Source: Heterodontus francisci (taxonomy: Eukaryota). Taken from it: a DNA stretch of 64,000 bases. Of the stretch, positions 22,803-36,145 are shown in pieces. Positions within the stretch are counted from its first letter, which is position 1; each line of letters begins with the position of its first letter. The position numbers and the translations under genes were made by a program. The notes beneath the pieces were generated by a model, which had not been told where the DNA came from, made no database searches, and saw only the letters and a program-made list of their open reading frames with translations. The stretch covers positions 13,630,323 to 13,694,322 of the forward strand of contig NC_090416.1 of assembly GCF_036365525.1 (NCBI RefSeq), written 5' to 3'.

Positions 22803-25800
22803 AGGAGGCAGTGGCGTAGTAATCCAGCGAGGCTAATACTCTGGGGACACGGGCTCAAATCCCACCACGGCAATCTGGAATTAAAAGCTACATTAGTAAT
22901 GGTGCCATGAATGGTATCATCAATTGTTGTAAAAACCCATCTGGTTCACTAATCTTTTTTAGGGAAGGAAATCTGCCATCCTTACCTGGTCTGGCCTACA
23001 TGTGACTCTAGACACTCTGCAATGTGGTTGGCTCTTAACTGCCCTTTGAAATGGCCTAGCAAGCCATTCCGTTGTACAAAACTGCCACACAAAAGTTGAA
23101 AAGTAGTAAAACTGGGCAGGACATCGGGAATGACCGCTGCAAGCCCACCCTGTTGACCCTGCAAATTCCTCCTTACTGACATCTTTGCCAAAATTGGGGT
23201 TGTTTGTCCCACAGACTAGTCAAGCAGCAGCCTGACATAGTCATACTCATAGAATCATACCGTACATCCAATGTCCCAGACATCACCATCCCCTGGTATG
23301 TCCTGTCCCACAGGCAGAGGTGGCGGCACAATGGTATACAGTCAGGAGGAAGTTGCCCTGGGAGTCCTCAATCTTGACTGCAGACCCCATGAATTCACGT
23401 GGCTTCAGGTCAGACATGGGCAAGGAAACCTCCTGCTGATTACCACCTACTGCCCTCCCTCAGCTGATGAATCAGTACTCCTCCATGTTGAACATCATTT
23501 GGAAGAGGCACTGAGGGTGGCAAAGGCACAGAATGTACTCTGGGTGGGGGACTTCAATGTCCATCAGCAGGAGTGACTCATTAGCATCACTACTGACCGA
23601 GCTGGCCAAGTCCTGAAGGACATAGCTGTCAGACTGGGGGCCAACAAGAGGGGAAAAACTTACTAGACTTGGTCCTCACCAATCTACCTGTTACAGATGC
23701 ATCAGACAGTATTGGCAGGAGTGACCACCGCACAGTCCTCGTGGAAACAGTCAAATCTTCACGTTGAGGATACCCTCCATCGTGTTGTGTGGCACTACCG
23801 CTGCTAAATGGGATAGATTCAGAACAGATCTGACAGCTCAAAATTGGGCTTCCATGAGGTACTGTGGGCCTCCAGCAGCAGAATTGTACTCGACCTCAAT
23901 CTGTAACCTCATGACCTGGCATATCCCTCACTCTACCATTACCATCAAGCCAGGAGACCAACCCTGGTTCAGGGAAGAGTGCAGGAGGGCATGCCTTAAA
24001 AATGAGGTGTCAGCCTGGTGAAGCTACAACCCAGGACTATTTGCGTGCCAAACAGCAGAGGCAGCATGCGATAAGAGCTAAGCAATCCCACAACCAGCAA
24101 ATCCGATCAAAGCTCTGCAATCTTGCCACATCCAGTTGTGAATGGTGGACAATTAAACAACTAACAGGAGGAGGTGGCTCCACAAATAACCCCATCCTCA
24201 ATGATGGAGGAGCCAGTACATAAGTGAAAAAGTAAAGGCTGAAGCATTTGCAACAATCTTAAACCAGAAGTGCAGAGTTGATCCGTCTCTGCCTCCTCCT
24301 GAGGTCCCCAGCATCACAGATGCCAGTCTTCAACCAATTTGATTCACTCCACGTGATATCAAGAAACGGCTGAATGCACTGGGTACTGCAAAGGATATGT
24401 GCCCTGTCATGTCCCGGCTGTGGTACTGAGGATTTGTACTGTAGCCCCTAGCCAAGCTGTACCAGTACAGCTACAACACAGACATCTTCCCAACAATGTG
24501 GAAAATTGCCTAAGTATGTCTTGTCCACAAAAAGCAGGACAAATCCAATCTGCCCAGTTCCTGCCCAATCAGTCTATTCTCGATCATCAGCTTAGTGATG
24601 AAAGATGGTGTCGACAGTGCTGTCAAGCAGCATTTACTCCGCAATAACTTTCTCAGTTTGGATTCCGCCAGGGCTGCCTACCTCCTGACCTTGCTACAGC
24701 CATGGTCCAAACAAGGACAAAAGAGTTGAGTTCAAGAGCGACAGCGCTTGACATTAAGGCAGCAAGGAGCCCTAGCGAAATTGAAGTCACTGGGAATCGG
24801 TGAGAACTCTTGACTAGTTGGAGTCATGCCTAGCAGAAAGATAGATGGTTGTTGGAGGCCAAACTTCTAAACCGCAGAACATCACTGCAGGAGTTCCTCA
24901 GGGTAGTGTCCTCAGCCCAACCATCTTGAGCTGCTTTATCAATGACATTCCCTCCAGCATAAAGTCAGAAGTGGGGATGTTCACTGTGCAATGTTCAGCA
25001 CCATTTGCAACTCCTCAGATACTGAAGCAGTCCTTGTCCACATGTAGCAAGACCTGGACAACATCCAGTCATGGGCTGATAAATGACAATTAACATTCGT
25101 GCCAGGCAATGACCATCTCCAACAAGAGAGAATCTGACAATCTCCCCCAGAAATTCAGTGGCATTACCATCACTGAATTCCCCCACCATCAACATCCTGG
25201 GGGTTACCATTGAGCGCAAAACTTAACTGGGCGAGTCATATAAATAGCGTGGCTACAGGAGCAGGTCAGAGGCTGGGAATTCTGTGGCAGTAACTCACCA
25301 CCTGTCCACCATTTACAAGGCACAGGTCAGAAGTGTGTTAGAATACTCCACTTGCCTGGATGGGTGCAGCTCCAACAACACTCTGGAAGCCCGACACCAT
25401 CCAGGACAAAGCAGCCCACTTGACTGGCACCCCCATCCACAAACATTCACTCTCTCCACCACTGACGCACAGTGGCAGCAGTGTGTACCATCTACAAGAT
25501 GCACTGCAGAAACGCACCAAGGCTTCTTCGACAGCACCTTCCAAACCCGTGACCTTTACCACCTCGAAGGACGAGGGCAGCAGATGCATGGGAGCGTCGC
25601 CACCTGCAAGTTCTCTTCCAAGTCGCACACCATCCTGACTTGGGACTGTATCGGCCGTTCCTGCATTGTGACTGGGTCATAACTGCACTGTGGGTGTAAA
25701 TACACCAGATGGACTGCAGTGGTTCAAGAAGGCAGCTCACCACCACCTTCTCGAGGACAATTGGGGATGGGTAATAAATGCTGGCCTGGCCAGTGACGCT

Positions 25801-25815
25801 CATGTCCCATGAAAA
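22803..25815 (+). mobile_element. ~3-kb degenerate LINE (APE endonuclease plus RT) with a tRNA-like 5' head
   Basis: LLITTYCPPS...WVGDFNVH (endonuclease) and AGVPQGSVLSP...FINDIP (RT), frameshifted; 3' tail aataaatgctggcctggccag. Confidence 0.88.
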
Positions 25816-28800
25816 CATTTTTTTTTTTAAAGTCCCAGTAACGAGGGAGTACTGCACTGTCAGAGGTGCCATCTTTTGGATGAGAAGTTAAACAGAAGTC
25901 CTGTCCACCCATGGCCACTATTGGACGAAGAGTAGGGAAGTTCTCTCCAGTGTCTTCAATTCATTGTGGCACGGAGGAGGCCATTTGGCCCACCGAGTCC
26001 TTGCCAGCTCTGTCGAGGAATCCAATTTGTCCCATTCCCTCATTCAGTCCCTGTAGCCCTGCAAGTTTATTCCCCCCAAGTGCCCATCCAGTTTCCTTTT
26101 GAAGTCCTTCATAGTCTCCACTTCCACCACTCGGATAGGCAGCGAGTTCCAGGTCATTACCCTCACTGCATTAACAAAGCCTTCAATCTGAGTCCCCCAG
26201 TCCTTGTATCATCAGTTAATGGGAACAGCTTTTCTTTGTCTACCTTATCTAAATCTACCATCTTGTCCACCTCGATCAAATCTCCCCTCAATATAAAATA
26301 TTTATCACTCAACTAGCGTCACTTAAACAGATTATCTGGGTCATTGTCACATTGGGGTTTGTGGGAGCTGGCTGTGTGAAAATTGGCTGCCACACTTCTG
26401 ACAATACAATCGTAACTACACTTTAAAACTGTATCATTGCCTGTAAAGTGCTTCAAGATATCGTGAAAGTCAGTGTAGAAATCTGAGTTCGAAGACCTGT
26501 TGGAGGCCTTCAAGATAATGTAAGGCTTTGATCGGGTAGACGTAGAGATGATGATTCCACTTGTGGGAGACCAAAACTAGGGGCCATCGGTGTAAGATAG
26601 TCACTAATAAACGCAATGGAGAATTCAGGAGAATGTGGAACTCGCTACAGTACAGCAGTGACTACACTTCAAAAGTACTTCACTGGCTGCAAAGAGCTTG
26701 GGGTGGGGGGGGGGGGGGCGGTGTCTGGTGATGGTGAAAGTCGCTATAGAAATGCAAGTCTTTCGTGAGGAGTGGTTGGAGCAGATAGCTGATGTGGGAA
26801 GCTAGATGGTACAGAAGGGAGAAAGGAATGGAATATGCTGATGGAGTGAGACAAGGGGAGGGGTGCGGAAGGAGAGGAGGCTCGTGTTGGAGCATAAACA
26901 CCGGCCTGGGCCAAGTGGCCTGTTTTGTTCTGGGGATACTTCATAAAGCTTTGTAAGTTATCAAGAACAAAAACTTGCTCCTTTGCCTGAGAATACCATG
27001 TTACCTGGGCTTGTCTGCTTGGCAGTATTGGTTCAGCATTGATGGCTTCCCCCCGCCCTCCCTCAACACCTTCCCCTGCTACCCAACCAGAAATTAGACG
27101 ATGTGAGGTATTGGTTGAGGTGGGGGCGGGGGGGTGCTCCAGCTGGCCACCAGGAGTCAGTGGGATGAACCATTGGACTGGCTAAGCTGGCTGGTGACGT
27201 CCTGGCTTTCTGCCAGAGACTGAAGTCAGTGTGTCAGTTCGATGCACCACTCTTGATCTATTTCAGGCTCTTAATAGCTTTTCAGCTCTGAATTCTCAGG
27301 GCAAGTTAACTAATTGCCTTGGGTCCATAACTGTGCTGCGAAGTGAAATAATCTCCAACCAGAAGCGACGTGAGAAAAGAATGTACCTGATGAGTTGTGA
27401 TCCGGAACGCGCTGCCTGAAAGGGCGCTGGAAGCAGATTCAGTAGTAACTCACAAATGGGGAATAGGATAAATACCTGAAGGGGAGAAATTAGCAGGGGT
27501 TAATGGGACTAACTGAACAGCTCTTTCCAAAGTGGGCTGCCCACTCTGTTGAATCTTGATTTTCACTGGCAGCTGCAATTGTATATTGAGCGGAATTGGG
27601 CTGATCTTGGCCAAGACAGCCTGGAGGTAATGGGTGAATCCTGCTGTGCAGTGATGTCGGGATGCAAGCCAGCAGTGAATGGGGTCTTTGCTCACAGGGT
27701 GGTGGAAGAGTAGAGGAGCAGTGAACTGTCGGTGCTGGGGTGGGAAGCACAGTCCACCGGACGACTCAAAGCGATTTACAGCCAGTGAAGTACTTTTTAA
27801 AATGTAGTCACTGTAATGCAGGAAATGTGGCGGTCTGCGCACAGCAAGATCTCACACGCTGATGACCAGGTAATCCTGTTTTGGAGATATTGATTGAGGG
27901 ATAATTACTGGCCAGGACTCCGGGATAAACAAACTTCCCCTGCTCCTCTTCGAAATTGGTTTTAAGGATTTTTCCTTTTACGCTCAAGCCCTGGAGTGGG
28001 ACTTGAACCTTGTGACTCGGGCGTGAGAGTGCAACCAACTGAGCCGCAGCTGAACACCGCTACCGTACGTACTCGGTTACAAGGCCAGAAATGTTTGCGC
28101 GCTCAGGGTTGAAAGTGGATGCGTTTTGTAAGATTGAGGTATTTACAGCACAGAAGTGGGCCATTAACTCATTTAGTTCCACCTCTTCATCTCTCAAGTG
28201 GAAAGTCTTCATCTCTACCCTGGCCATCCCTTTAAAGACCTCTCGATCAGGTCACCCCTCAGCCTTCCCGTTTCTAGAGGAAAGACCCCCAGCGTTTCAG
28301 TCTTTCCTGATGCCATTGTGGCATCATTCAAGTAAATCGTTTGCACCTTCTCCTGTGGCTAAGGCGTGACCTTAGATGCAAGTTCCTGTTAATTTAAAGG
28401 ATTGCTATTTACTCAGCTGATTTCAGTTGTCGCACACAAACCTCTCTTTATACGCAGGTCGGTGGTTGTATTTGCAGCTTGATGGTTCTGTTTGGAGTGT
28501 TGCATGCATCTGCTCCATGCTGGTCCTTCTGTACCCTCCCGGCCTCCTGCAGATCCGATTTTGGGGGCACTCTGCTCTCCTGTCTCCCCCTGCCTGCAAA
28601 GAGATGTCAATGGGGTGGCACGCTAATGTCAAACTCTGTGCAGCGATGGGCGCATGGGTTGTCTTTGCCCCCCCCCCCCCCCCCCCCCAATGCGAATTTT
28701 CAGGTGGCTCGCAGGGATTCTGTCTGCTTATCAGAAAACGGCTGGGGTTGTGGGTTGGAATGTGCCTGTTGGAAATGCTTTGGGTGACAGCTGAAGTAAC

Positions 28801-28846
28801 AATCTTTTTTTTTTTCCCCCTCTCTCTCTCTTTTTGCTCTTTCAAG

Positions 28847-28945
28847 AGTGGAACAGGACAGCGTACCCAAGCCAGCAGCATTCAGCAGAAATCCCAGGGG
28901 AATAAATCCGCCTACAACAGCTCGGGCTACTGGGGTCCTAACTGA
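28847..28945 (+). CDS. UBAP2L: UBAP2L terminal coding exon (SGTGQRTQASSIQQKSQGNKSAYNSSGYWGPN*)
   Basis: Long polypyrimidine tract plus AG, stop TGA; matches human TGSGQRSQTSSIPQKPQTNKSAYNSYSWGAN. Confidence 0.95.
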   Translation, partial: SGTGQRTQASSIQQKSQGNKSAYNSSGYWGPN

Positions 28946-29735
28946 GCAGAGCCGAGGGCCCCCCTCCTTGTCCTCACCCTCGTCGGCCCCACTTTGCAAC
29001 ATATATCCGCTTTAAAAGAAACCGAAAGAAAAAAAAAAAGAGATTTAAGTTACAAGCGTGGCTGTAACCTCATCCACCACTGTGGTCAATCCACACCTAA
29101 CGGAACAGGACATCTGTGCGAAGTTAAATAGCGAAGTTTTAAAAAAAAAAGCTCTGCGTTGTGTCTGTGATGCCCACCTTACTGTTGTATGTAATATAGA
29201 GTTTGTAATTTCTCCTCTCTGCATTCAGATAACAAGATGCTTGTTTGTTTTTTTTTTTTAAAACCCCGTCTCGCCCACCCTCCCCAGTCCCATTCCCAAT
29301 GAAGGAGTTTCTCAAGACCTAGTGCGATTTTTTGATTTATCCCCGCCACACACACACACACATCCTTCCTCCTTTCTCCTTTCTTTAGGACTTCAAGTGA
29401 TATGGACAATGTGGAGTTACATAGCTTCTTTGAGGTGTTTTTTTTGTACTGTGTTTCAATTCAGTGAATGATGTATCTCTTGTGTATATATAAAAAACAC
29501 AAAGAACTGTAGATGGACCTGGTTTCTCACCTGCTCCCTGGCTTTTTTGTAATTAATTTCAATGACATAAAAAGTCAAAAAAGGAAGTGCATTGGACAAC
29601 TTTTTTATGGGGTTTTATTTGTTCTTTGGACAGTCATATGCCACTGTAAGTATTCTATTTTTTTTTTCTCTTCTATGCAGTGCTACTTCCTGCGGCCACT
29701 GATGTGAGGAACCGTGGTGTTAACTGAATATAAAT

Positions 29736-29741
29736 AATAAA
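29736..29741 (+). terminator. UBAP2L: Poly(A) signal of UBAP2L (3'UTR ~28946-29760)
   Basis: AATAAA at the end of an AT-rich, repeat-free UTR, followed by GT/T-rich sequence; a PUF-type TGTATATA lies at 29483. Confidence 0.7.
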
Positions 29742-31869
29742 AGTCGCAAAATGATGTGCGTATTTTAATATCAAGCCACCAGGCCTCGCCATTGTGTTGC
29801 AAGGTTTCTCGCTTTTGTCAGCTCAGGAGCTGTCTTTTATTTATTTATTTTTTTTTCCCAGCCAGTTTTTCTCGACCCAGGTCCCATTCCCCCTTGGACG
29901 CAGTGCCAGTTTCAGATTCCAGTGCTCTGCTACCCGTCCCCCCTGCCCCCACGCCCCCCCCCCGCCCCCAACCACCGTCCCCTCGCATCCTAACTGGCGC
30001 CAAGTCCCCTTTGCCCGTCTCCCCACTGTGCTTGCTGATTCGCATCAGTCTCTGTAACCTGCTGCAGCCCTACAACCCTCCGCAATCTCTGCGCTCCTCC
30101 AGTTCCGGCCTCTTGCCCATCACCCAGATTCCCATCAGTCACCATTGGAGACCGTGCCGTTCAGCTGCCTGGGCCCTCAGCTCTGGAATTTCCTCCCCTC
30201 TCTCTTTCTCTCGCTCTCCCCTTCAAGGCGCTCCTTAAAACCGACCTCTTTGACTGAGCTTTTGGTTGCCTGTGCCCACTATCTCCTTACGTGGCTCGGG
30301 GTCAAATTTTGTTTGATAACTGCTCCGGTGAATCACCTTGGGGAACGTTTTACTTTGTTAAAGGAGCTGTATTTAATAGAAGTTGTTGATGGCATTTGTG
30401 AAACCAGAAGCCGGGGACTATCCCTCTATGAATCTAAGTTGCAAGCTAATCGGAGGGATTGTCACTTGTCTGTAACCAAACCTGAGCTCCGAAATCATTC
30501 AGATGCTTTTTGCCTCTCCCTGAGAGCAGGATATGGTTCCACTGTTGCCGTCCACCACTATCCTGAAGATTAGTGGGCTGTTGGGCCACGGCCGGTGGAG
30601 TTAGGTACGTAATTGGTATCCCGAGCTTTAAAGGTCTGCCTGCCCCTTGCCATTGCTTTCCTGTTGCATGTAGCGGAATCTGTTGCCACCAGTGGCTTAG
30701 GGGCTCATGATTTTCCATCCAGAAATCTAAGCTTGCCTTGAATTAATCCTCTAATGGAGCTGTCTCATCTCACTTTTCCCAATGTCTGGAAAAATAAGGC
30801 TGCGTTCGCTGGGGCAGAGTAGGTTAAGCGGAATCTAGTCATGTTCAAAATCCCCGGAGTCAGTCTTGAGCCTGCAGCTGACTGAGACTAGAGTCGTACC
30901 CCCTGATACTCAGTGTAAGCTGCCGCCATTGTCTACCCAGGCATTTTGCGTAGAACTGACAGCATGGAAACAGGCCATTTGATCATCTGCTCCATGCCGT
31001 TGGCGCCTGTTCTTCCTTCCTTCATCTAACCCCATCAACATGTCATTCTGTTCCTTTCTCCCTTATGTACTTAGCTCGCTTCCCCTTACGCTGTTTGCAT
31101 CAACCACTTCCTGTGGTAGCGGGGTAAAGCAGTTTCTCCTGAATTCCTTGCCACTATTTATGGACGATAATTCTGGTCTCCGCCAGTTGGAAACCGTTCC
31201 ACGTCTACCCTATCGAACACCTTCTTAAATTTTACAGACCTCATATCAGGTCATCTCTCAAGTCTTGAGTGAATAAGCCCCAGTCAGGTCAGTCTTTTCT
31301 GATAGTTATACAGCACCGAAACAGGCCCTTCGGCCCATCGTGTCCATGCTGGCCGTCAAGCACCTATCCTAATCCCATTTTCCAGCACTTGGCCCGTAGC
31401 CTTGTATGCTATGGTGTTTCAAGTGCTCATCTAAATACTACTAAAATGTTGAGGGTTCCTGCTTCTACCACCTCTTCAGGTAGTGTGTTCCAGATTCCAA
31501 CCACTCTCTGGGTGAAAACATTTTTCTTCAAATCCCCTCTAAACCTCCTGCCCCTTACTTTAACTTAAATCTATGCCCCCTGGTTATTGATCCCTCCGCT
31601 AAGGGAAAAAGTTTCTTCCGATCTATCCTATCAATGCCCCTCATAATTTTGTACAGCTCAATCATGTCCTTCCTCAGCCTTCTCTGCTCTAAGGAAAACA
31701 ATCCTAGACTTTTCAGTCTCCTTAGCTGAAACGTTCCAGCCCAGGCAACATCCTGGTGAATCTCCTCTGCACCCTCTCCTGTGCAATCACATCCTTCCTA
31801 TAGTTGCTTTGACCTCATTTCGTACCTTGTTGCAGTCTTTCTCTGCATTAACTATGCCCTTTACCTTTT

Positions 31870-32360
31870 TTTTGGCCTCCTCGTCTCGAGAGACAATGGG
31901 TAAGCGCCTGGAGGTGGTCAGTGGTTTGTGGAGCAGCGTCTGGAATGGCTATAAAGGCCAATTCTAGAGTGACAGATTCTTCCACAGGTGCTGCAGAAAA
32001 AATTGGTTGTCGGGGCTGTTACACAGTTGGCTCTCCCCTTGCGCTTCTGTCTTTTTTCCTGCCAACTGCTAAGTCTCTGAGTTGCCACACTTTAGCCCTG
32101 CCTTTATGGCTGCCTGCCAGCTCTGGCGATCGCTGGCAACTAAATCCCACAACTTGTGATCAATGTCACAGGACTTCATGTCACGTTTGCAGACGTCTTT
32201 AAAGCAGACACATGGACGGCCGGTAGGTCTGATACCAGTGGCGAGCTCGCTGTACAATGTGTCCTTGGGGATCCTGCCATCTTACATGCGGCTCACATGG
32301 CCAAGCCATCACAAGCGCCGCTGACTCAGTAGTGTGTATAAGCTGGGGATGTTGGGCGCC
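31870..32360 (-). mobile_element. RTE-clade LINE 3' fragment
   Basis: Minus-strand LGHVSRM...IPKDTLYSELATGIRPTGRP...FKDVCKRDMK, typical of the RTE C-terminus. Confidence 0.8.
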
Positions 32361-33511
32361 CTTTACCCAATGTTTATATAACTGAGCATTTGATGCAAAT
32401 ATTTGTACCTGCCCCTGCACCCTCATCCCATTCCCATCCAACCACCCGGCTGCACTTTTCCCACCAGGATCCAAATTTCCAGAGGGAGAAAATTGAAGCC
32501 GTCGGTTAAAAGTGACTGCTAACAGCAAGGAAGCTCTGAACAGTGGAAGTGGAGATGATTTGTTAGCCTGCCTCTCCAGATGAAGGGGAAGTGCCTGGCT
32601 TGCAAACATCAAAATCATTCTCCATTCTGTTCTCCGTTTTTGCGTATCACATCAATCTTTTACCGCACGTTTGTTGTCATTGGCTGTCTGCTGACACGGG
32701 AGCTGCAGCAGTTGCCTAAATTCCCCAACAGGAACTGAGGGGCTGCCTCGATAACAAGGCAATGGCTTATTAAGGAGCGTGGTCAACGCTTGTGTTACTT
32801 TCTCAAGTGACCAGTGACTTAACGGGCACCTTCGTTTGGGTCCTGAGGTAGGTCTTGATGAATTGGGAGTTTGCAACCTATCTTTTTTTTACAGTCTGAT
32901 TGTTACACTGGCAAAGGGTAGCTACGGCTGAGGCAAAAAGCGCAGGCCTCGGGGACGAGGAAGTGTTTTCAAAAGGGGAACCTACATATGCAGAGGAGCT
33001 AGGTTCTCGCTGCAGGTTATCTCCAACTTCAGTCATTAAATATTTGGATTATATCCCTCGACTACAGGAGATTAAAGGATGATCAATTTGAGATGTTTAG
33101 GTTGATTAAAGGAAACTGTTTCCTTTAGGGGTGGGGTGAGGGGGAACTCCAGAACAAAGGGGGCAGAACCTTAAAATTCGAGCCAGGCCGTTCAGGGGGT
33201 GATGTCAGGAAGCACTTCATACAAAGGGGAGTGGAAATCTGGAACTCTCTCCCACCCCACCCCCCCAAAAAGCTGTTGAGACTCGGCGGGGAGAGGGTCA
33301 ATTAGAGATTTCAAAACAGATTTTTTTTGTTGGGTAAAGGTTATGCAACCAAGGCGTGTAAATGGAGTTGAGATGCATGATTTAGACAGAGCAGACTCGA
33401 AGGGCCGAATGGCCTGTGATTATATGCTCTCTTGAAATTCTCCATCACGTTTCTCAAGAGCGGACAACCCCTGAACAGAGGAAGCACATGATAATGAGCT
33501 GTGTACTGTTT

Positions 33512-33830
33512 TATTTTATATTTATTATTTAGAGATACAGCACTGAAACAGGCCCTTCGGCCCACCGAGTCTGTGCCGACCAACAACCACCCATTTATAC
33601 TAACCCTACAGTAATCCCATATTCCCTATCACCTCCCTACACTAGGGGCAATTTACAATGGCCAATTTAACTATCAACCTGCAAGTCTTTAGATGTGGGA
33701 GGAAACCGGAGCACCCAGCGAAAACCCACGCAGACACAGGGAGAACATGCAAACTCCACACAGGCAGTACCCAGAATTGAACCCAAGTCGCTGGAGCTGT
33801 GAGGCTGCGGTGCTAACCACTGTGCCGCCC
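33512..33830 (-). mobile_element. V-SINE (HE1-like), reverse copy
   Basis: Reverse complement of the 8744-9074 element. Confidence 0.8.
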
Positions 33831-34910
33831 AAGTGAAGGTTAAAAGCTTACCCATTGTCTCCTGAGACAAGGAGGCCAAAGAAAGAAAGGGTAAAGGGCA
33901 TAGTTAATGCAGAGAAAGACTGCAACAGGGTACGAAATGAGGTCAAATCAACTATTGGTGAGCAAGTTTGCCAGCATTCCCCTGACTTACCTGACCATTC
34001 AGAGCTGTACGTGCACTGAATAGTCGAAAGTGAGTCGATTGATTGACAGAACACAGTTTACTATTTACACACAAGCTGGATTATAGCAAGCGCAGATTGC
34101 AGTACACAATTTCAAATGATCATACTTTAAATGCCTCCCAAAAGAGGGTCTCCCCGGGTATTCCCTTCCCCTCCCCTAGGGGTTAGCCTGGAAAATATTT
34201 GTTCACGGGTCTGTTACGTTGCATCAAATCGACTGCCCGTTACGCTCCACGTGAGAGAGTTTATTTTTAAAATTTCATTCATGGGATTTGTTACCCATCG
34301 CCAACGACAACTGAGTAACCTGTAAAGCCAGTTCAGAGGGCAGTTAAGAGTCAACCTGTGGGTCTGGAGTCACATATTGGCCAGACCAAGTAAGGACAGC
34401 AGATTTCCTTCCTTACCGGGCAGCTGGGATTTGTTTTTTTTTACAACGGTTGATGATAGTTTCATGGTCATCGTTACTAGTTTTCAGTTCTAGCTTTTTT
34501 TAATTAATTGAATTTGAACTCCACCAGTTGCCAGGGTGGGATTTGAACCCAGCTCTCTGGGTTAGTATTTCATTGACATTAGCACTATGCCACTTTCCCT
34601 TACCCGCGGATGCGAGGGTGCCCATTTGCCTCCATCCAAGATGATTTCCCCCTCCGTTGTGCTCTTACATGAAATGGTACAGCACAGAAAGAGCTTTGCA
34701 ACCTGTGGAAGTCCTGACCACCTCACAGCCAATGAGGTGCCTTCTGACGTGTAGTTGCAAGACATCCTTGGGGGAGGGGGAGGGCACATCGAGAACCCGA
34801 GAGCAGATAGAAATTCAGAGCTGGACCCTTTTCATTTGTTCCTCTCCAGATCTGGCCTGCCTTTCAACAGGATTTCTTCAGGGAGAACCTTCCGTGGCCG
34901 AGTTACCGGC

Positions 34911-36145
34911 ATGGAACCCAAGTTCAGCTGGTCTTTCCGGGGAAGCAAGGTGGCGTCTTCCGAATCCAAAGCATCGTCGAGGCCTTCCCTGACTAAATCA
35001 GCCAAGCCTTCCGAGGTTACTCCGCCCAAAGCCAAGGTGTTGGGCCCGAGCAAACAGGAGGCACCGGAAGAGCAGAAACCTCGGAGCTCGTCCTTGTTCT
35101 CCGGGAGATCCGGCGATTCGAGGGCCCCGAGCGGAGGGATCGCCCCGCGGAAACTCAGCCTCCACGAGCAGTGGAAGGGCGCGGGCTCTCAATACGCCGG
35201 CCTCGGCGGGCACCATCGCTCCTCGAGCATGGGCGCCACTCAGTTCTGGAAAGCCATGGAATCCGGGAAGCAGAAGGACGGGGAGAAGGGGAAGAAAGCG
35301 GACGAGCCCAACGCCGGGCAGCGGGGCGTGAGGTTCCGAGGATCGGGCGTCCTGGGCCTGACGGAAAGCATCAGGAAAAGATGCGAAAGCTTTGTGACGC
35401 CGAAGGCGCCCGCCCGGGACGTCGGCGCGCCCGCCAAGAGGGAGGAAGGGCGGGGAAGCAGGGTCGCCGAGACCAGCGGGGCGGGCAACCCGGAAAAGCA
35501 GAGGGCTCGCTCAAACTCGGCGGGACCGGTTCCCGAGAGGCCTTCGTTAGTCATGCAGACAATCCATTCGTTTGAGCAGGCCATGAGGCAGAGGCACACC
35601 AGGAGATGTTCCCGCCAGGAGCATCCGGCTAAAACGTCAGCTGACGGCTCCTCTGCCCCGCCCCCGGGGAAAGCCGAGGACGATGTGGCGACGGACCCGC
35701 AGAGGGCCAAACAGCCATCGCGTGCGTCAAACGACTCAGTCGCCGGCCTCCCCCGGGCGACATCTACATCACAGCCCGCATCCGAAGACCCAAGGGCGGG
35801 CTCGTCCGCTCCCGAGGGATTAACCGGCCGCCAGTCTGAAGACTCGAGTCAAAGTCTTCCATCAAACGCAAGTCCTGCTGCACGTCGCTCGTCTCCAGAG
35901 GTTGAAGCTGGGGCTTGTAATCTGGGACAGTCCTCCAGGGAGAATGATGCAATGGTCCTCGAGGTCCACAGTCAGTTAATGGTGGAAGTGCCCAGGGCCT
36001 CCAGCCCTTGCGGCGTTTGTTCTGAAGTTAACAGTCCTTTGGGCAAAGTTGTGCTCTCCCCGTCTGTCAAATCCGATGATGAGTGGTCACTGTCAGACGA
36101 GACCCACAGCGACATAAGCCAGCTGGACAAGAGTTACTCCATAAG
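34911..36145 (+). CDS. Pro-interleukin-16-like gene, large first coding exon (disordered S/P/R-rich N-terminus ending DKSYSI)
   Basis: 1.39-kb open frame, CpG-rich; strong acceptor at 34848-34849; ATG 34911 in ggcATGg context; donor GTAAGG at 36146 in phase with the next exon. The start could instead lie in an upstream exon. Confidence 0.8.

Noticed and set aside
28427-28846. Open frame running into the last UBAP2L exon
   Set aside because: No recognisable similarity to UBAP2L, includes a poly-C run and the polypyrimidine tract; read as intron, although an upstream alternative acceptor is not excluded.
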